Source: Syntrophales bacterium (GTDB lineage: Bacteria > Desulfobacterota > Syntrophia > Syntrophales > UBA2210). From it: a stretch of DNA of 64,000 nt. Location: positions 288,001-352,000 of the forward strand of contig CAXXKT010000003.1 in the NCBI GenBank assembly GCA_963662405.2, given 5' to 3'. The number at the start of each line of letters is the position of its first letter. Position 1 is the stretch's first letter. The notes beneath the pieces were generated by a model that made no database searches, was not told the origin of the DNA, and saw nothing but the letters and a program-made list of their open reading frames with translations. Below are positions 62,005-64,000 of this stretch, in pieces. The position numbers and the translations under genes are program-made.

Positions 62005-63816
62005 ATGCCGAAAGGAAAAGTAACATTGTTTAATATTTCAGGCACCCAGCCCCGCCATCCGCTTGGAACCAAGGCTCATATCTTGTTGACTAGCGTTTTC
62101 GGCCCCTACGCTCAGGATGATGAATATGGCAGCCGTAAAATCAACCCGATGGAATTGTATCAGAATCAGGTAACGCGCACTCAGGGAGGCTTCTCGCTTC
62201 GTATGTTTCATCGCTCCTTCGGTCTCATGATGATTCAGGCCAACCTCGAAGCTCCCTGTACACTTCTTGATTTTCCTGATCTTGAAAGATTCGTCGAGGA
62301 AATCCGGAACCATGCCTATGATGTCATCGGCATCAGCGGGATTCTTCCCAATGTCGGGAAGGTCGAGAAAATGTGTCAACTCATTCGGCAGCATCAGCCT
62401 GCTGCCACGATTATCATTGGGGGTCATATTACCAGCAAAGAGGGGCTCAAGCAGATGATCGATGCGGATATTATTGTCCGCGGCGAGGGCATCCGATGGT
62501 TTCAGCGATACTTGGGACAGGATGACAAGGCACCAATCAAGCACACCATGACCATATCCGGTTTTGGCGGCAGAATCATGGGCATTGATCTTGGCAGCAG
62601 ACCCGGCGGGACGGCTGCAATCCTGATCCCCTCGGTCGGTTGCCCAGTTGGATGTAATTTCTGTGCAACGTCCGCCTTGTTTGGAGGCAAGGGCAAATTC
62701 GTCCATTTCTACGAAACAGGTGATGAACTCTATGCTGTCATGTGCGAGATCGAAAAGAAGCTCAAGGTAAGATCCTTTTTTACTTTGGACGAAAATTTCC
62801 TCCTTCACAAAAAAAGAGCACTCAGGCTCCTCGAACTGATGGAGGACAACAATAAAAGCTGGGCGATCTTTGTTTTCAGCTCCGCCCGGGTTTTGAAATC
62901 CTACACTATCGATCAACTGGTAAGACTTGGCATCGGTTGGGTCTGGATGGGACTGGAAGGAGAAGAGAGTGCCTATGACAAGTTAAAAGGCGTGGATACC
63001 CGTGATTTGGTAAGAACTCTGCAATCTCAGGGTATCCGTGTCCTGGGGTCTTCTATCATCGGACTCGAAGATCACCGTCCGGAAAACATCAATGCCATTA
63101 TAAATTATGCAATCAGCCACGAAACGGTCTTTCACCAGTTCATGCTCTATTCACCCGTTCCGGGAACGTTCCTCTATGAAAAGCATAAGAAGGAAGGTAC
63201 GCTGCTTTCAGAGTTAGAATTTTCCTATGCCGACGCCCATGGGCAGTATCGCTTCAACTATCGCCATCAGCATATCAGGGACGGGCAGGAAGAACAGTAT
63301 CTGCTGGATGCTTTCCGGAGCGACTTTAAGGTTAATGGCCCTAGCCTGTTGCGCTTGATCAGGGTTCTGCTCAACGGTTGGCAGACCCATAAGGATCAAC
63401 CGCTGCGTATCCGGAATCGTTTCGCCTGGGAGGTATTTCCCGTACGATCAACGTATGCCGGTGCCGTCTGGGCTATGAGAAAGTGGTATCATGACGATCA
63501 GAGAATGGCCGGGATGGCCGATAGACTCCTCAAGGACATATACGACACGTTTGGTTGGTCGACTAGACTAATCACGCCATTTTTTGGCAGGTATGCCTAT
63601 TTTATGCTGAAGAAGGAGGAAGAACGACTTGCCGCAGAATGGACTTATGAACCTCATTGTTTTTGTGAGAAAAATCTTGCTGCCCGTATGCTGAAAAAGA
63701 AAGAACCCGTAAAACGCAAGACCGAAGCGGGAAAGCTTCACCCTGTATGTGCACCACGAAACTACACAAGAGAAGAGGGGGTGTCCCTCGAAATCGGCTC
63801 TCAGGAACCGGCTTAA
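62005..63816 (+). CDS. Cobalamin-binding radical SAM protein
   Basis: IIGGH and IVRGEG B12-binding region; GCPVGCNFC; DENF; GLE. Confidence 0.9.
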   Translation: MPKGKVTLFNISGTQPRHPLGTKAHILLTSVFGPYAQDDEYGSRKINPMELYQNQVTRTQGGFSLRMFHRSFGLMMIQANLEAPCTLLDFPDLERFVEEIRNHAYDVIGISGILPNVGKVEKMCQLIRQHQPAATIIIGGHITSKEGLKQMIDADIIVRGEGIRWFQRYLGQDDKAPIKHTMTISGFGGRIMGIDLGSRPGGTAAILIPSVGCPVGCNFCATSALFGGKGKFVHFYETGDELYAVMCEIEKKLKVRSFFTLDENFLLHKKRALRLLELMEDNNKSWAIFVFSSARVLKSYTIDQLVRLGIGWVWMGLEGEESAYDKLKGVDTRDLVRTLQSQGIRVLGSSIIGLEDHRPENINAIINYAISHETVFHQFMLYSPVPGTFLYEKHKKEGTLLSELEFSYADAHGQYRFNYRHQHIRDGQEEQYLLDAFRSDFKVNGPSLLRLIRVLLNGWQTHKDQPLRIRNRFAWEVFPVRSTYAGAVWAMRKWYHDDQRMAGMADRLLKDIYDTFGWSTRLITPFFGRYAYFMLKKEEERLAAEWTYEPHCFCEKNLAARMLKKKEPVKRKTEAGKLHPVCAPRNYTREEGVSLEIGSQEPA

Positions 63817-63945
63817 AACCTCCATTAGCTGCATTGGCAAAGAAAACAAACATCAATTATCGGGAGAAACCGGTTTGTTCGACTCAAATGGGGCGATTCT
63901 CGAAGGTCGAGGTAAAAGCCCTCGAAAAATGAAAGGAGTGCAGTT

Positions 63946-64000
63946 ATGTTAGCCATGTATCCGCTTATCGTCTTGGTTGTTCTGGTCGTCCTGTTCCTCG
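63946..64000 (+). CDS. 5' end of a membrane protein gene running off the window
   Basis: AAGGAG RBS; MLAMYPLIVLVVLVVLFL. Confidence 0.5.
   Translation, partial: MLAMYPLIVLVVLVVLFL

Larger units (their letters stand above)
35968..64000. mobile_element. Genomic island integrated at tRNA-Glu; probably extends beyond the right edge
   Basis: tRNA 3' fragment, adjacent tandem 9-mers, AT-rich shift, IS, TA pair and many pseudogenes; integrase and far end not seen. Confidence 0.65.

Overview
Bacterial chromosomal window, probably a deltaproteobacterium (Desulfobacterota/Syntrophales-like; inferred from gene content only). 1-9.5 kb: chemotaxis cluster (cheR, two cheD, two cheY, two cheX-like, cheB, cheA carrying a MshEN-like tandem motif), a PAS hybrid kinase and a convergent FleQ/FlrA-like sigma54 activator. 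11.5-21.9 kb: DEDDh exonuclease followed by a complete type I-C CRISPR-Cas locus (cas3-cas5-cas8c with internal cas11c-cas7, cas4-cas1-cas2, leader, 12 repeats plus a degenerate 13th). Between cas7 and cas4 sits a canonical Fic toxin gene facing a 58-aa antisense ORF that has the Fic-inhibitory SxxxEG motif and its own leaderless sigma70 promoter; this is the most striking observation. 22-35.9 kb: DUF169 gene, umuD-umuC-SRAP cassette (UmuD catalytic Lys replaced by Arg), sfsA-GIY-YIG fusion, MFS transporter, and secreted proteins, three of which share a C-terminal P-x-[IL]-x-LL tail. At 35968-36011 is the 3' half of a tRNA-Glu (att site), marking the edge of an integrated island that probably runs off the right end. 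The island holds an AEP-primase/helicase split by a precisely excisable IS200-type element, hicAB, and a partly decayed stress/osmoadaptation cluster (CsbD, BON, gpmA, ftsH, cyclic beta-1,2-glucan synthase, PAS-sigma54 activator, three copies of a sigma54 promoter/enhancer, B12 radical SAM) with many pseudogenes. All calls come from reading motifs by eye; no searches were run.
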